Below are positions 34,838-46,367 of a stretch of DNA of 64,000 nucleotides, one piece after another (within the stretch, counting starts at the first letter, position 1; each line of letters opens with the position of its first letter). A program made the position numbers and the translations under genes. Source of the stretch: Callorhinchus milii. Lineage: Eukaryota. The stretch lies in contig NW_024704743.1 in assembly GCF_018977255.1 (NCBI RefSeq), positions 115,818,001 through 115,882,000 on the forward strand, given 5' to 3'. The notes beneath the pieces are model-generated. The model was not told the DNA's origin. It saw nothing but the letters and a program-made list of their open reading frames with translations, and did not search any database.

Positions 34838-37800
34838 ATAAACTGAAAAAGGAAATAAGAAGGGCGAAGAGATCGCATGAGAAAAAATTAGTGGGTAACC
34901 TAAAATTGAACCATAAGGTATTTTATAAGCATATAAAGAATAAAGGGTTAGTCAAAGGTAGGGTGGGTACAATTAGGGACGAAGGAGGAAATCTTCTTGT
35001 GGAGGCAGAAGGCATGGCTGATGTACTGAATGAGTACTTTGCATCTGTCTTCACAAAAGATGCAGCCAATGCCACAGTATCGGAGGAGAGGGCAGAGAAA
35101 TTGGGATGAGATAAGAATAAACCGAGAGGAGGTACCAAAAAAGGTTGTTGGTGCTCAAGGTAGGTAAGTCACCCGGTTTGGACGGGATGAATCCAAGGTT
35201 ACTGAGGGAAGTATTGTTGGAAATAACGGAGGCTCTGGCCACAATCGTTCAATCCTCCTTAGACACCAACAACAACAACAACAAGATTCCATTTATAGAG
35301 CGCCTTTCACGTCAGGAGGACGTCCCAAGGCGCTGTACAGTTGGGTCAGGACCCGAGCAGGGGGGAAATGGCCAGGGTGAGGGGAGGGAAAGGAGGGAGA
35401 GAGGAGGGGGGAAATGGTCAGGGTGAGGGGAGGGAAAGGAGGGAGAGAGGAGGGGGTAGAGAGTTGAGAGGGGAGCTGAAGGCACGGTCAAAGAGAAAGG
35501 TCTTGAGACCGGCCTTGAAGGAGGAAAGGGAGGAGGCGGCGAAGGCACTGGGGGATAGAGTTCCAGAGCCTAGGGGCTGAGAGGCTGAAGGCCCGGCCAC
35601 CGATGGTAGGCCAGTTGGGGCGGAGGATGTGGAGCAGACCGGAGCCAGAGGAACGGAGGGTACGGGCGGGTAAGTAGGGGGATAGTAGATCAGAGAGGTA
35701 GGAGGGAGCAAGGCCATGAATGGCCTTGTAGATGAGGATCTTGAATTCGATCCTCTGGGGGATGGGGAGCCAGTGGAGGCGAGTGAGGGTGGGAGTGATG
35801 TGGTCGCGAAGCCTGGTGCGGGACAGTACACGAGCTGCAGAGTTCTGAATGACCTGCAGCTTGTGGAGAGAGGTGCCGGGAAGGCCGGCGAGGAGAGAGT
35901 TCCCATACTCCAGCCTTGAGGTGATAAAGGTGTGGACCAGAGTTTGAGCAGCGTGAGGGGTGAGGTAGTGCCGTAGTCTGGCGATGTTCCAGAGGTGATG
36001 GAAGGCAGTGCCAGTTGTGCCGCGGATATGAGGAAGAAAGGACAACTCAGGGTCGAACAGAACACCGAGGTTCCTGATGGCTTTGAGAGGTGGAGGGTGC
36101 AGCCTTGGATGCTGATGCTGTCAGCGCCTAAGGTGCGGAGGCGCTGACGCGAGCCAATCAGGAGGGCCTCAGTTTTACGCACGTTGAGCTGAAGAAAGTT
36201 GTCTCTCGTCCAGGACTCGATGTCGGACAGGCAGGCTGTCAGGACATCGGTGGTCGTGGAGTTGAGGGTAGAGGAGGAAAGGTAGAGTTGGGTGTCATCC
36301 GCATACATGTGGAAGTTAACCCCATGTCTGCGGATGATGTCACCAAAGGGGGAGCATATAGAGGGTGAAGAGGAGGGGACCGAGGACAGAGCCCTGAGGG
36401 ACACCGCACGAGACAGTGCGGGGGCCGGAGGAAAAACCATTTGTGGAGACAAAGTGAAGACGGTGGGAGAGGTATGACCTAAACCACTCAAGGACAGGGC
36501 CTTGAAGGTTGAGGTGGGAGGACAAGCGGTGGAGGAGGATAGCGTGGTCGACCGTATCGAATGCTGCCGATACGTCGAGGAGGACGAGGAGATACGTCGA
36601 GGAGTGGGGAAACTTCTAGAGCCTATAATCCAGGACAAAATAAACTTTCACTTAGAAAAATATGGGTTAATAAAGGAGGGCCAACATGGATTTGTTAAAG
36701 GCAAATCCTGTCTAGCAAACCTGATGGGAGTTTTTTGGTGAAGTAACGGAGAGGGTGGTTGAAGGTAGTGCAGTTGATGTAGTTTGTATGGCTTTTCAAA
36801 AGGCGTTTGATAAAGTGCCACATGAGAGACTTGTAAGCAAAATATAAGCCAACAGTATTAAAGGGACAGTGGCAGCACGGATGCAGAACTGGCTGGGAGA
36901 CAGAAAGCAGAGAGTGGTGGTGAACAGTTGTTTTTCTGACTGGAGGGAAGTGTACAGTGGTGTCCCCCAGGGGTCAGTATTGGAACCACTGCTGTTTTTG
37001 ATCTATATAAATGACCTGGACTTGGGTATCGGGAATATAATTTCCAAGTTTGCTGATGATACTATGCTAAGAAAAGTAATAAACAGTGAGGAGTATAGTA
37101 GAAGAACGCATATGGGCTTCGACAAACTGTAAAATGGGCAGACACGATGAAGTTTAATGTGGAGAAATGTGAAGGGATGCATTTTGGAAGGAAGAATGAA
37201 GAGAGGCGATATAAGTTGATGGTACTATCTTAAAGGGGGTGACGAAACAGAGACATCTGGGGGTTCATATAAGTAAATCTTTGACAGGTAGATAAAGCTG
37301 TTAAAAAAAGCATATGGGATACTAGGCTTTATAAATAAGGGCATAGAATACAAAAGTCAGGAAGTTATGATGAACCTTTATAAAACACTGGTAGGGGTTC
37401 AGCTAGAGACTGTGTTCAATTCTGGGCACCACACGTTAGGAAGGATGTCAAGGCATTGGAGAGGCTGCAAAGGAGATTTACCAGGATGGTACCAGGAATG
37501 AGGAAAGGCTAGAGAAGCGACGATTATTCTCCTTGGAGCAGAGAAGGTTAAGAGGAGACTCAATGGAAGTTTTCAAAATTATGAGGGGATTCGATAGGGT
37601 GAATAAAAAGAAATTATTTCCGCTGGTGAGTGGGTTGGTTACCCGAGGACACCGATTTAAAATAGTTAAAAGAAACGGAGGGAGGTGTGGAGAAATTTTT
37701 TCACGCATCAAGTTGTTCGGATCTGGAATGCATTGCTTTGAAAGGGTGGTGGTAGCTGATTCGATAACAACTTTTAAGAGAGAAGTAGATAATTATTTGG

Positions 37801-37936
37801 GGAGGACAGTTTGCAGGGCTATGGGGAGAGAGCGGAGGAGTGGGATTGAATTGGATAGCTCTTTTCAAAGAGCCGGCATAGACATGATGGGCAAAATGGC
37901 CTCCTTCTGTGCTGTATAATTCCATGATTCTATGAT
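34838..37936 (+). mobile_element. Degraded 5'-truncated CR1 LINE (RT), interrupted by the L2 copy
   Basis: [60 protein letters not shown]; 3' tail ...ttccatgattctatgat. Confidence 0.9.
35267..36604 (-). mobile_element. 5'-truncated L2 LINE, same family as 18594-22287, nested in a CR1
   Basis: Near-identical reverse complement of ~21010-22287; YADDTQLY; (CAA)n tail at 35267. Confidence 0.93.
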
Positions 37937-38242
37937 GTTCAATGGAGGTCCGGTCTGCTTGTTCAGGATGACAATAAAGATCCCGTGAAACTATTCTCCT
38001 GGTGTCCTGGCCAGCAATCCCCCCAAATAAAACTGGTCACTCACTTCATGGTTGTTTGTGGAACATCACTACTTGGTGCAAACTGGCTGGTGTGTTTGCC
38101 TACAAATAAGACAGCCACTGCCCTTCACAGTCAAAACTTACAAAGGGTTTTTAGACATCTCGACAATGTGATAAGGCGCTATATGAAATGCAAGGATTGT
38201 AATTATGGTATAAAAGAATCAGCTGTGTAAAACCATACTTAC

Positions 38243-38436
38243 AGATACAGTCGCTGTCAACCAGCACGTGTCTGGGCTCACACTCGTCGCACAGACGTCC
38301 CATCACGCCCGACTTGCACAGACAGTGGCCTAGCAGCGAATCACAATTATTGTGAAGGGAGCCGCTGCGGTTACATTCACACAGCTGGCACCTGCCACCC
38401 GGGACCCTGGGGTCACCATAGTAACCAGGGGCGCAC
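38243..38436 (-). CDS. LAMA1: LAMA1 exon ~32, LE repeat
   Basis: CAPGYYGDPRVPGGRCQLCECN...CDECEPRHVLVDSDCI. Confidence 0.96.
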
Positions 38437-39244
38437 CTGCAAGGGGCAGAAGATGGTAAAGAGACCTGAGCCATTTGTAAGATTTCCTGCACTTTACACA
38501 GTCCTGAGGTCCCATCTAGTCTCAGCCTGTGAGACGGACTACTTAGTCTTGAAATTAAAGATCAGGCGCAAAGATGGACAATTCTTCCAATTCACCCTTA
38601 AGTAAAACACTAAAAATAAAATTTTGGACGTTAAAGTACCCTGCTATGATGGGAGTCTTCCTTTTTTGGAAGCCAGTTTGTTTTTCACAGTTCCCAAATA
38701 AACCTGATCTTTAAGAATTCTCCACCACTCTGAGCAATCTTAAGTTTTAAGCAACTTTTAAGGACAAGATTGGGTGAAATTTGGGGATCTAAACTGAATG
38801 GGAAAGATGGTTAGGGGGGATTTCCTGCAAACTGATTCTGGCTGTAAATTTACATTAAATTTAATGTACATCAAATTTAATTAATGCAAGTTTGCTCTTA
38901 TAGTAAAACCAGCCTCCGAGTCAAGGCAGGATTTAAGAATATTCCGAGTTCTGGACCCTTTTGAATGTACAGAGTCAATCTACCTAAACCCAGGTGGAAT
39001 TTATTCCTGAATTAGGGCACATTCTTCTCAGCCTGAGCACAAAGGCAGAGAAGTTTGGAAAGTGTTCCCACCCCAGGAAAACCAGTGTATTTGAGCCTCG
39101 GAGATGGGGAATGAACCTCACGATTGCCAAGCCCTGTGGCCTGCAGGGCTGTCAACAAGCGCCCCCTCCCCAACACTCGCACGAGTCTAGGTAAGTCCCT
39201 GTTCGATCGGTTGTGTGCGAAGGCACTGTGAAGAGTGTACTAAC

Positions 39245-39331
39245 CTCTGGCAGTACTGTCCTTCATATCCAGGCAGACAGGAATCACAGCGGAAATCACT
39301 CAAACCTTCCGGCACGCACGTCAGGCTAAAG
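39245..39331 (-). CDS. LAMA1: LAMA1 exon ~31, LE repeat
   Basis: FSLTCVPEGLSDFRCDSCLPGYEGQYCQ (hand-translated). Confidence 0.94.
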
Positions 39332-39912
39332 CTAGGGTTGGAAAAGAAGGCAACAGATACAAGAAGGCAAAAAAATCAATTACGGTTGCAAAAAATATAA
39401 GCCAATCAAACATTCCCAATGCAGCACCGGGAACCATGTAACATCAGGTTTAAGAATATGCTGAGTTCTGGACTCTTTTGAATGCTACATGTTTAGAGTC
39501 AATCTACCTAAACCCAAGGGGAATTTATTCCCGAATCAGGGCACATTCTTCTCAGCCTGAGCACAAAGGCTTTACATATTCTTGACACGTCTTGATGACA
39601 TGATAAGGCGCAATATCAAATGCAAGCATTATTATTATTATTAGAAGATACACGAAATGAGAAGAAGTTTACAGCACAGAAAAAGGTCAATTTGCCAATT
39701 GGCGGTACTAGTTCCCCCATTTGGCTGTTTGGACTCTAATCCCCTCTCCTCAACACACACACACTGTGTCTGACACTGAATCATGTTGTGCAAGATAAGC
39801 ACAAGAGCTTCCCCCTCCTCCTCTGTCTTCTCCCCACCCACCCAAACCACCCACCTGCACCCCACTCCCCATAGTGCCTTCAATGCCACAAACTACCATG
39901 CACAAGCATTAC

Positions 39913-40034
39913 CTTCCACTATTGTGTCTGGGGCAGGCGCAGAGCGAGCAGTCATTGATGGATCCATTAACTCGGCCATAGTATCCCTGAGCACATTGCT
40001 CACAGTGATCGCCCGCTGTGTGGTCTCGGCAGCC
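39913..40034 (-). CDS. LAMA1: LAMA1 exon ~30, LE repeat
   Basis: GCRDHTAGDHCEQCAQGYYGRVNGSINDCSLCACPRHNSG. Confidence 0.95.
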
Positions 40035-40735
40035 CTGAGTTACACAAAAAGAAACCACAAACAGATCAGTCCCAGTTAGTGGGGAAAAGTACAATCCAGT
40101 CAAACTGTGTTGAGGCAGTGTTAAAGCCCCCAAACCTGTACTCAAACAGCTCACAACTTCAGTGCAAATGCACTAATATTTCAACAGTATTTGCATGTGC
40201 AGTTCTGCCTACATAGCTACTCAGCATTGAATGAGTGGCAGTAAGGCCCCACAAGTAGATGTTAAAAATAAATCTTTTACTAAACCATCAATAGTTCCCT
40301 TTTTTCCAGTCCACTACATGTGCTACGTTTTTTTTTTACCCCCATCTCTCTGTCTCTCTCTCTCCTTTCTCTGTCTCTGTTTTTCTCCCCCCCCATCCCT
40401 CTGGGGTGTCCAGAAATGAAGATGTCTGTTTGTCTTGTATGGTTAAAAGTGGCAAATGATTGAGGTGGTGGTGATGGGGGGAGGAAAGGAGTCACAAACA
40501 AACAGGGTGAACGTTTCGTAATTGATTCAATGTGATGACTTAGTGCATCAGATCCATTTTCAAATGTCTGAAGTGTCACCAGCCTTATTTAGCTTACTTC
40601 CAGCTCTTTCTGGATGTGAAATTGTTGGGATTATTGGATTCAGAAAGAGTCCATTGAACCTAGCTGAACCCTGCGATTAGGTTAGAGCCTGAGAGCTCAC
40701 TCCTTTTAACCCATCATTCTGTAAGCGTCACCTAC

Positions 40736-40870
40736 CTGACATTTGCCTGTATCGAGGTCACAGACATTACTGTGGTTGTTGCACTGACAAGACATGCACG
40801 GTTGGTTGAGAGAACGTGGCACATTAGCCTCGAGTTCTGTCATCTCTCTGTAAAAGCCTGGAGCACACAC
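40736..40870 (-). CDS. LAMA1: LAMA1 exon ~29, LE repeat
   Basis: VCAPGFYREMTELEANVPRSLNQPCMSCQCNNHSNVCDLDTGKCQ. Confidence 0.93.
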
Positions 40871-41124
40871 CTTTCATAGAAAAGAAAAGCAACAACATGG
40901 GCAGGATTAAATATAGGATCCGTGACTAACAACATCTCCACAACGCTGCCGGTGACCTTTGGAATACATCATTGCTTTGTATAGTAGTGTGCCCTTTCCT
41001 TGGGGTTATTAATTACATTTATTGTTTGTGGGTAGAAATTATCTTGAGGGTGATATTTTCAGAATTGTTTTTAAATTCTAAATTAAAAATGTTGCTGAGA
41101 CCTCAGTACCGCCAAAACAAAACA

Positions 41125-41423
41125 ATAATAATAATAATCCTTGCATTTGATATAGCGCTTTTCACGTCGGGAGGACGTCCCAAAGCGCTTCACAGAACAC
41201 ACTGTAAAGTGAATTGACTGTATATTTGTGGGCGAACGCGGGAGCCAATTGCGCACAGCAGTGTCCCACAAGCAGTCGTAGATTGAAAATGACCAATTTA
41301 TTATTGTTTTTGGTTTTGGAGGGATTATTATTAGGCTCTGTGTGGAGTAAGGAAACTTGCCCAAGGTTTCGCTCTCTGCCTGGAATTGAACTCAGGTCTC
41401 TCGCTTGCAAAGCGAGTGCTCTA
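41125..41423 (-). mobile_element. Full-length young tRNA-Ala-like SINE with (ATT)n tail
   Basis: Minus-strand head agctcagtggttagagcactcgctTTGCAAgcgagagacctgagttcaattcc (A and B boxes, TGC anticodon-like loop); tail gcgctatatcaaatgcaaggattattatt. Confidence 0.85.
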
Positions 41424-42175
41424 ACCACTGAGCTTCAGGACTCCAATGATTTCTTTGAGGCGAGATTATCACTTCTATGGCAAGGAAGGCGATCTGGAAA
41501 TCTTATTCCCTCAGCTCATTAGGACTTTAGTTCACAGGTTTGAAGACATATTTGAACCTCATCAAGTCTTGTGGATGAGCTGGACATGATGGATAAACTC
41601 ACTAGTACTTGAAAATACTGTGCACTTGCCTAGATTGGTACCACTCAGTAATGACCTAGATCAGTGCCATTCAGTAGTGATCCAGATTGGTCAAATTCAA
41701 CAATCACAGGATCACAAGATTGGTCTGGATGAAGAAGGCCCTTCAGCCCATCTAATCTCATCCTTCCAGAACACCAACTCTACTATTATCCCTATCACAG
41801 CATCATAACGTTGCTTTTTAAATGCGTCCAGTGTCCTGGCCTCAACCACCTTTCCTGGTAACCTGTTCCAGTCATGATTAACCTCTGGGGTAAAGAACAA
41901 AAATAACCTAGATTGGTGGCATTCAATGATGACCTAGTTCAATGCCATTCAGTGAGATGGCTTAGATGTGAAAAGCAGGAATTTTGCTTAGTCACTTTTG
42001 TTGCTTCCCATACTGAACCTGAAGATACCATTCCCACATTAGAAATAGAACCAAAATGAAACTCAATGGTGTGCAGGGATTTGAGGATGAAGAAGAGTTG
42101 GAGATAAAAATTAAGACTTCACCAGGACAAAATGGAAGTAGTATTTAACCGGCAATCAGATATGTCAATCCGTAC

Positions 42176-42296
42176 CTGACAGGAGAGGCCGGCATAGCCA
42201 GGGGGACAGTCACAGATCTCGATCTGATGCGCACGCTCTCTACCTGCGTGGGTATCATCTTCCTCCATGGCGATCTCCATTGTAATATTGGAAATC
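42176..42296 (-). CDS. LAMA1: LAMA1 exon ~28, L4b end/LE
   Basis: ISNITMEIAMEED...IEICDCPPGYAGLSCQ. Confidence 0.95.
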
Positions 42297-42419
42297 CTGG
42301 CATAAAAGTGAGGGCAGGCAATGAGCATCGGCTCGTGACAACTGCTTACATTGCACAACTTGAATCAACATTTGAAATCCATTACTTTTTTCCTGGAGAG
42401 GGTTTAGCTTAGGTTGACA

Positions 42420-42650
42420 ATAATAATAATCCTTACATTTTGATATAGCGCTTTTCACGTCTTCTAGACGTCTCAAAACGCTTCATAGAATAGATTGTAA
42501 AATGAATTGACTGTATATTTGTGGGTGAAACTCGGCAGCCAATAGCGCACAGCAGTGTCCCACAAACAGTCGTGGATTGAAAATGACCAATTTATTATCG
42601 TTTTTTTTTGTTTTTTGGAGGGATTATTATTAGGTGAGTGGAGTAAGGAA
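42420..42650 (-). mobile_element. Head-less SINE
   Basis: Same body and tail; ends at gtggagtaagga. Confidence 0.8.
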
Positions 42651-42679
42651 TGTTGTTATTGAATCTGTTATTGTTGTTG

Positions 42680-42980
42680 TTTCCACCACCCTTTCAGGCA
42701 GTGCATTCCAAACTATAACAACTCTCTGGATAAACAAATTCTCCTCATCTCCCCTCTGATTCTTTTGCCAATTATCTTGAATCTATGTCCCCTGGTTACT
42801 GACTCACCTGCCAGTGGAAACAGTTTCTCCCTATCTACTCTATCAAATCACCTCTATTAAATTTCTCCTTGACCTTCTCTGCTCTAACGAGAGCAATCCC
42901 AGCTTCTCTAGTCTCTCCACATAACTAAAGTCCCTAATCCTTGATACCATTCTGATAAATCTCCTCTGCACCCTCTCTAA
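42680..42980 (-). mobile_element. CR1 3' fragment
   Basis: Reverse complement reads like the CR1 ORF2 C-terminus (tggaatgcactgcctgaaagggtggtgga). Confidence 0.7.
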
Positions 42981-43948
42981 GGCAATGAAGGGGTTTAAGG
43001 TTATGGGAATGGGCTCAAAAAAGTGGGTCTCTTTTGATTGGACTGGATGGAGATCTAAATAGAGCTTTACACAGTCCTAGAAGGTTTTGAGACAGTAAAA
43101 ACCGAAAGAGTGTTCCAGCTGGTTAGCAATTTGGCAACAAAGGAATGTAAACTCAAGGCTATCACTAGAAGAGCGAAGTTGGGTTGGTTAGAAGAGTTAT
43201 TTTTATAGGAAGGTTATTGGAACATGGAACATTTCACCACAATTGTGCTGGGAGTAAGGAAGCTCAATGGTCTCACAACCTTTGACTCACAGTCAAGAGC
43301 ACTGCCAACTGAACCAGGCTGGCAACTTTACAATTCTTAATCTGAACTGTTCTAAATATGTACATTTCTTACTATTCTCTAGACTCAGGAATGTTGCTCT
43401 ATTAGTTTCCTTTCTAAATATAGACATCCTCTGTGGCTAATTCAGTCTAATTCCTGAGCCAGGCAGGTCCACGTTACTCAATGGCACGGCTGAGGACAAA
43501 GCAGCTATTGACAGGATTTGGAGGGACAGACACCATCAATGGGGGGCAAGGATTCTTCAGTGAAAAGCTTCTCAGTGCTCTCAATGGCAAGTTGTGTGGT
43601 TTTAGCTGGTTAAACTCCAGCAATACCCCAAACATACCACTCTGGAGTTCCCAAGTCTTGGCTCCTGCCAACGTGTCTCACTGGGATTAGATAAGAAGGG
43701 GAAATTTCCATGTGTAGGTGCCATACATATGTGGAATTCTCAGTCTGGTTTGGATAGTCTTAAGCACGGTGATGAATCTATCAGACACCTGGCTGACCAA
43801 ATAAAATCTACATTGCTGTATTATTTACTGTGGTGCCCACTCAGCAAAGCGAAATCTGTTCTTCCCAGATACCTACAGCAGCAATCAACAACAATTACTT
43901 AGTCGTAAGAACGCTTCCTGTTTGTTAATGAGTAACTCTATCTCTCAC

Positions 43949-44076
43949 CTGCTCTGCTGGAGGCCGCGGCCGTAGGAAGCCTTGATCAGGATGTACTCGA
44001 TGTTACTGAGCACAGACATGAAGTCCGCACGGGTCACGGGAGCATCGGAGACGGAATTGAAATACTTCCAGTCGTG
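43949..44076 (-). CDS. LAMA1: LAMA1 exon ~27, L4b
   Basis: HDWKYFNSVSDAPVTRADFMSVLSNIEYILIKASYGRGLQQS. Confidence 0.96.
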
Positions 44077-44854
44077 CTGCAAAAGTACAAAGGATTTTTT
44101 TTAAACAAAAAAACTTTAAAATTACGATTACACCAAAAAAAGTGTTTACAACAGTTCCAGTTTCTTATCTCATAAGATTTCAAACAAGAAGCCAGTTCTC
44201 CTTCCCCGTCCACCCGCCCCCACCCCCAGCCCCACCTCAGAGGCTTCTGGATGGATTGACTCCATTTTAGTGTAAGCTGAGAAACTGCATCAGGATGGAT
44301 GGAGTCAGACTTGTGAAAGTCGACTTCAAACATATTTTCCTTACAGCTTTCTCCCTCTCCCTTTCCTTTACTTTTCCCCTTCCACTCCTTCTTCTCTGCT
44401 TCCCTTCTCCTCCTCCCCTCTCTTTTACTCCTTCTCTTCTCCTCTCCAGAAGATGTCGATCCCCAGTTCTGCAGATGATGGTCACACTTTGGGGCTTCAG
44501 TCAAGCGGCCATTCTTCATAAAGGACAACAGATGGCCTGGGAGCCACTGGCTTGGTGAGTAATGGGTGTATTGGACAGGAAGGAAAAGAACTCAGTGTGA
44601 GAGACGTTGTGAGCTGTTGGTGAAATCTAACCCTGTAGTCCTGAAAGGTCAGGGGTTCAGTGGTGGAGGAAGATCGAGAGTGGATGACATTTTGGAGATG
44701 TAGGAAGGCGATCTTGGTCAGGAAGCGAACAAACGCAGGGTAAGAAACTGAGGTTAGACAACAAATTTCAGTAATGACAAGAGCATACACTTACATAGCT
44801 CCTCTCACACTGGAAAATATTTTACAAGATGAACAGACATAGCAGCGGACTCAC

Positions 44855-45040
44855 CTCAGTCAAGTCAATCTCGTGCTGGCTTTGCTGCCCATTGGAAGGA
44901 GTGTCCATGTCCCTATAAATGACTATTTTGCTGTTTTGGCCTCCTTTTAGGAGGATTTGAGGCTCCAGGTTTAAGCTCCCTGAACCTTCGAGAGCATAGT
45001 AGGCCATGGCATATCTCAGTGTCCCTCCATAAGCCAAAAG
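44855..45040 (-). CDS. LAMA1: LAMA1 exon ~26, L4b
   Basis: LLAYGGTLRYAMAYYALEGSGSLNLEPQILLKGG...QHEIDLTE. Confidence 0.96.
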
Positions 45041-45629
45041 CTGTGGAAAAGAGAATCAGAAAGAGCTCAGAGCTCCTAGCCCAGACACAAAGCTATGTTA
45101 TTTCACAGAGCAACAAAAACAGCAACAACTTGCATTTATATAGCGCCCTTTTATTTTTGGTAAAAGCCGGATGCCTGACACATGTGGAAACCCATCACCA
45201 TGCATAAAGAGTATCCAAAACAAACTGAGAATTCCATGCATTTCTCCTACACATGGAAATTCCAGAGATAGGTTGTTGGAATGCAATGCACACTTTCTCC
45301 CTGGAGGGACACATCCTGCTTATCTAATTATTAGGCGCTGGTTAGCAAGAGCCAAGTCTTGGGGGTGCTTCATGCCAAAAAGCGTGGAGGGAGGGAGCTG
45401 GCCTGTGCAGATACAGGGTGAAAATGGCTATTGTACATCATTACAGATAGCACAGGTTGAGAATTTAGAGTACCTAAACATCCTGTTATAATGGGGGAGT
45501 GGGGTCCTACTGTATCTTAGATACTCTAGTGATTGATTTCCCCAGAACATCAAGAGACCCAGCTGGCGAAACAAACACAAGTGAAGCCTTGATCGTTTTC
45601 ATCTTTGGTTTTGCAGACTCTTCCCTCAC

Positions 45630-45809
45630 CTTATCCCTCGTGAAGAGGGCAGGAAGCATCCAGTAATATGGTTCTGTTTTCAGGTGTTTCTGAACCAGAA
45701 CGGCATCGAGAAGGACCTCCGGGGGTTGGACATAGACGCCCTCGATGGTCCCAATCAGATTACCCTGGCTGACAACACGCAGGCTCAGCTGGTCTGGAGT
45801 GAGGGATAG
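45630..45809 (-). CDS. LAMA1: LAMA1 exon ~25, L4b
   Basis: LSLTPDQLSLRVVSQGNL...EPYYWMLPALFTRDK. Confidence 0.95.
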
Positions 45810-46154
45810 CTGTACAGATAAAATACAGTCAATAAATACACACACAACACAAAGACGCACACACCAAAAAATACACAATCACTATGCTTTACAGTAAATT
45901 TGGTCCGTAGATCCATTGGGATCTGTTTAGGTGGTGGAGTTTTCCTGATGACTGCTTTTTAAACACCTTCCCCACTCCCCATCTCATGTGAACAGTATAA
46001 TTTTTGCAGTGCCCGTTAATACCCATCAGTGCTTGACATCAGTTTTTATCCATGCGTGCGAAAGCTCTTTTAAATGCGCTCTGCTTTCCCGGTGAGGTGC
46101 TGGGAACACTGACAAAATCTTTCACGAGTTATGAATGGAGTGAACGTTACTTAC

Positions 46155-46298
46155 GGGAATCCGGACCAGTCCCTGGAGTTCTGAGCAGGAATCTGACACT
46201 CCAGAGCAGAAGCAGCGGCTGCAGCCGGCCGGGTTGCTAAGACTGAGAGCGAAGGATCCGGTCTTGCATTCGTCGCAGCGCACGCCTGACACACTCTC
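46155..46298 (-). CDS. LAMA1: LAMA1 exon ~24, LE repeat/L4b start
   Basis: ESVSGVRCDECKTGSFALSLSNPAGCSRCFCSGVSDSCSELQGLVRIP. Confidence 0.95.
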
Positions 46299-46367
46299 CT
46301 GAAACAACACCGGACACCAATAGGAGTGCATTAAACTTGCAAGTGCAGAGTAACTGGATCTTAATAA

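Larger units (their letters stand above)
34559..38207 (+). mobile_element. Split DeuSINE (head ~34559-34665, remainder ~37935-38207) hosting nested LINEs
   Basis: The head matches other DeuSINE heads; the core resumes after the CR1 tail (gaggtccggtctgcttgttcagg...tcctggtgtcctggcca). Confidence 0.65.

Noticed and set aside
38994..39196. Plus-strand ORF ending near a strong donor-like AG|GTAAGT, a possible nested antisense exon
   Set aside because: No recognisable homology and no partner exons; it begins inside a repeat.
41350..41423. tRNA-Ala gene (also ~15750-15823, ~18425-18497, ~46660-46731)
   Set aside because: Each is fused to the SINE body, the copies diverge from one another and the stems are imperfect; they are SINE heads.
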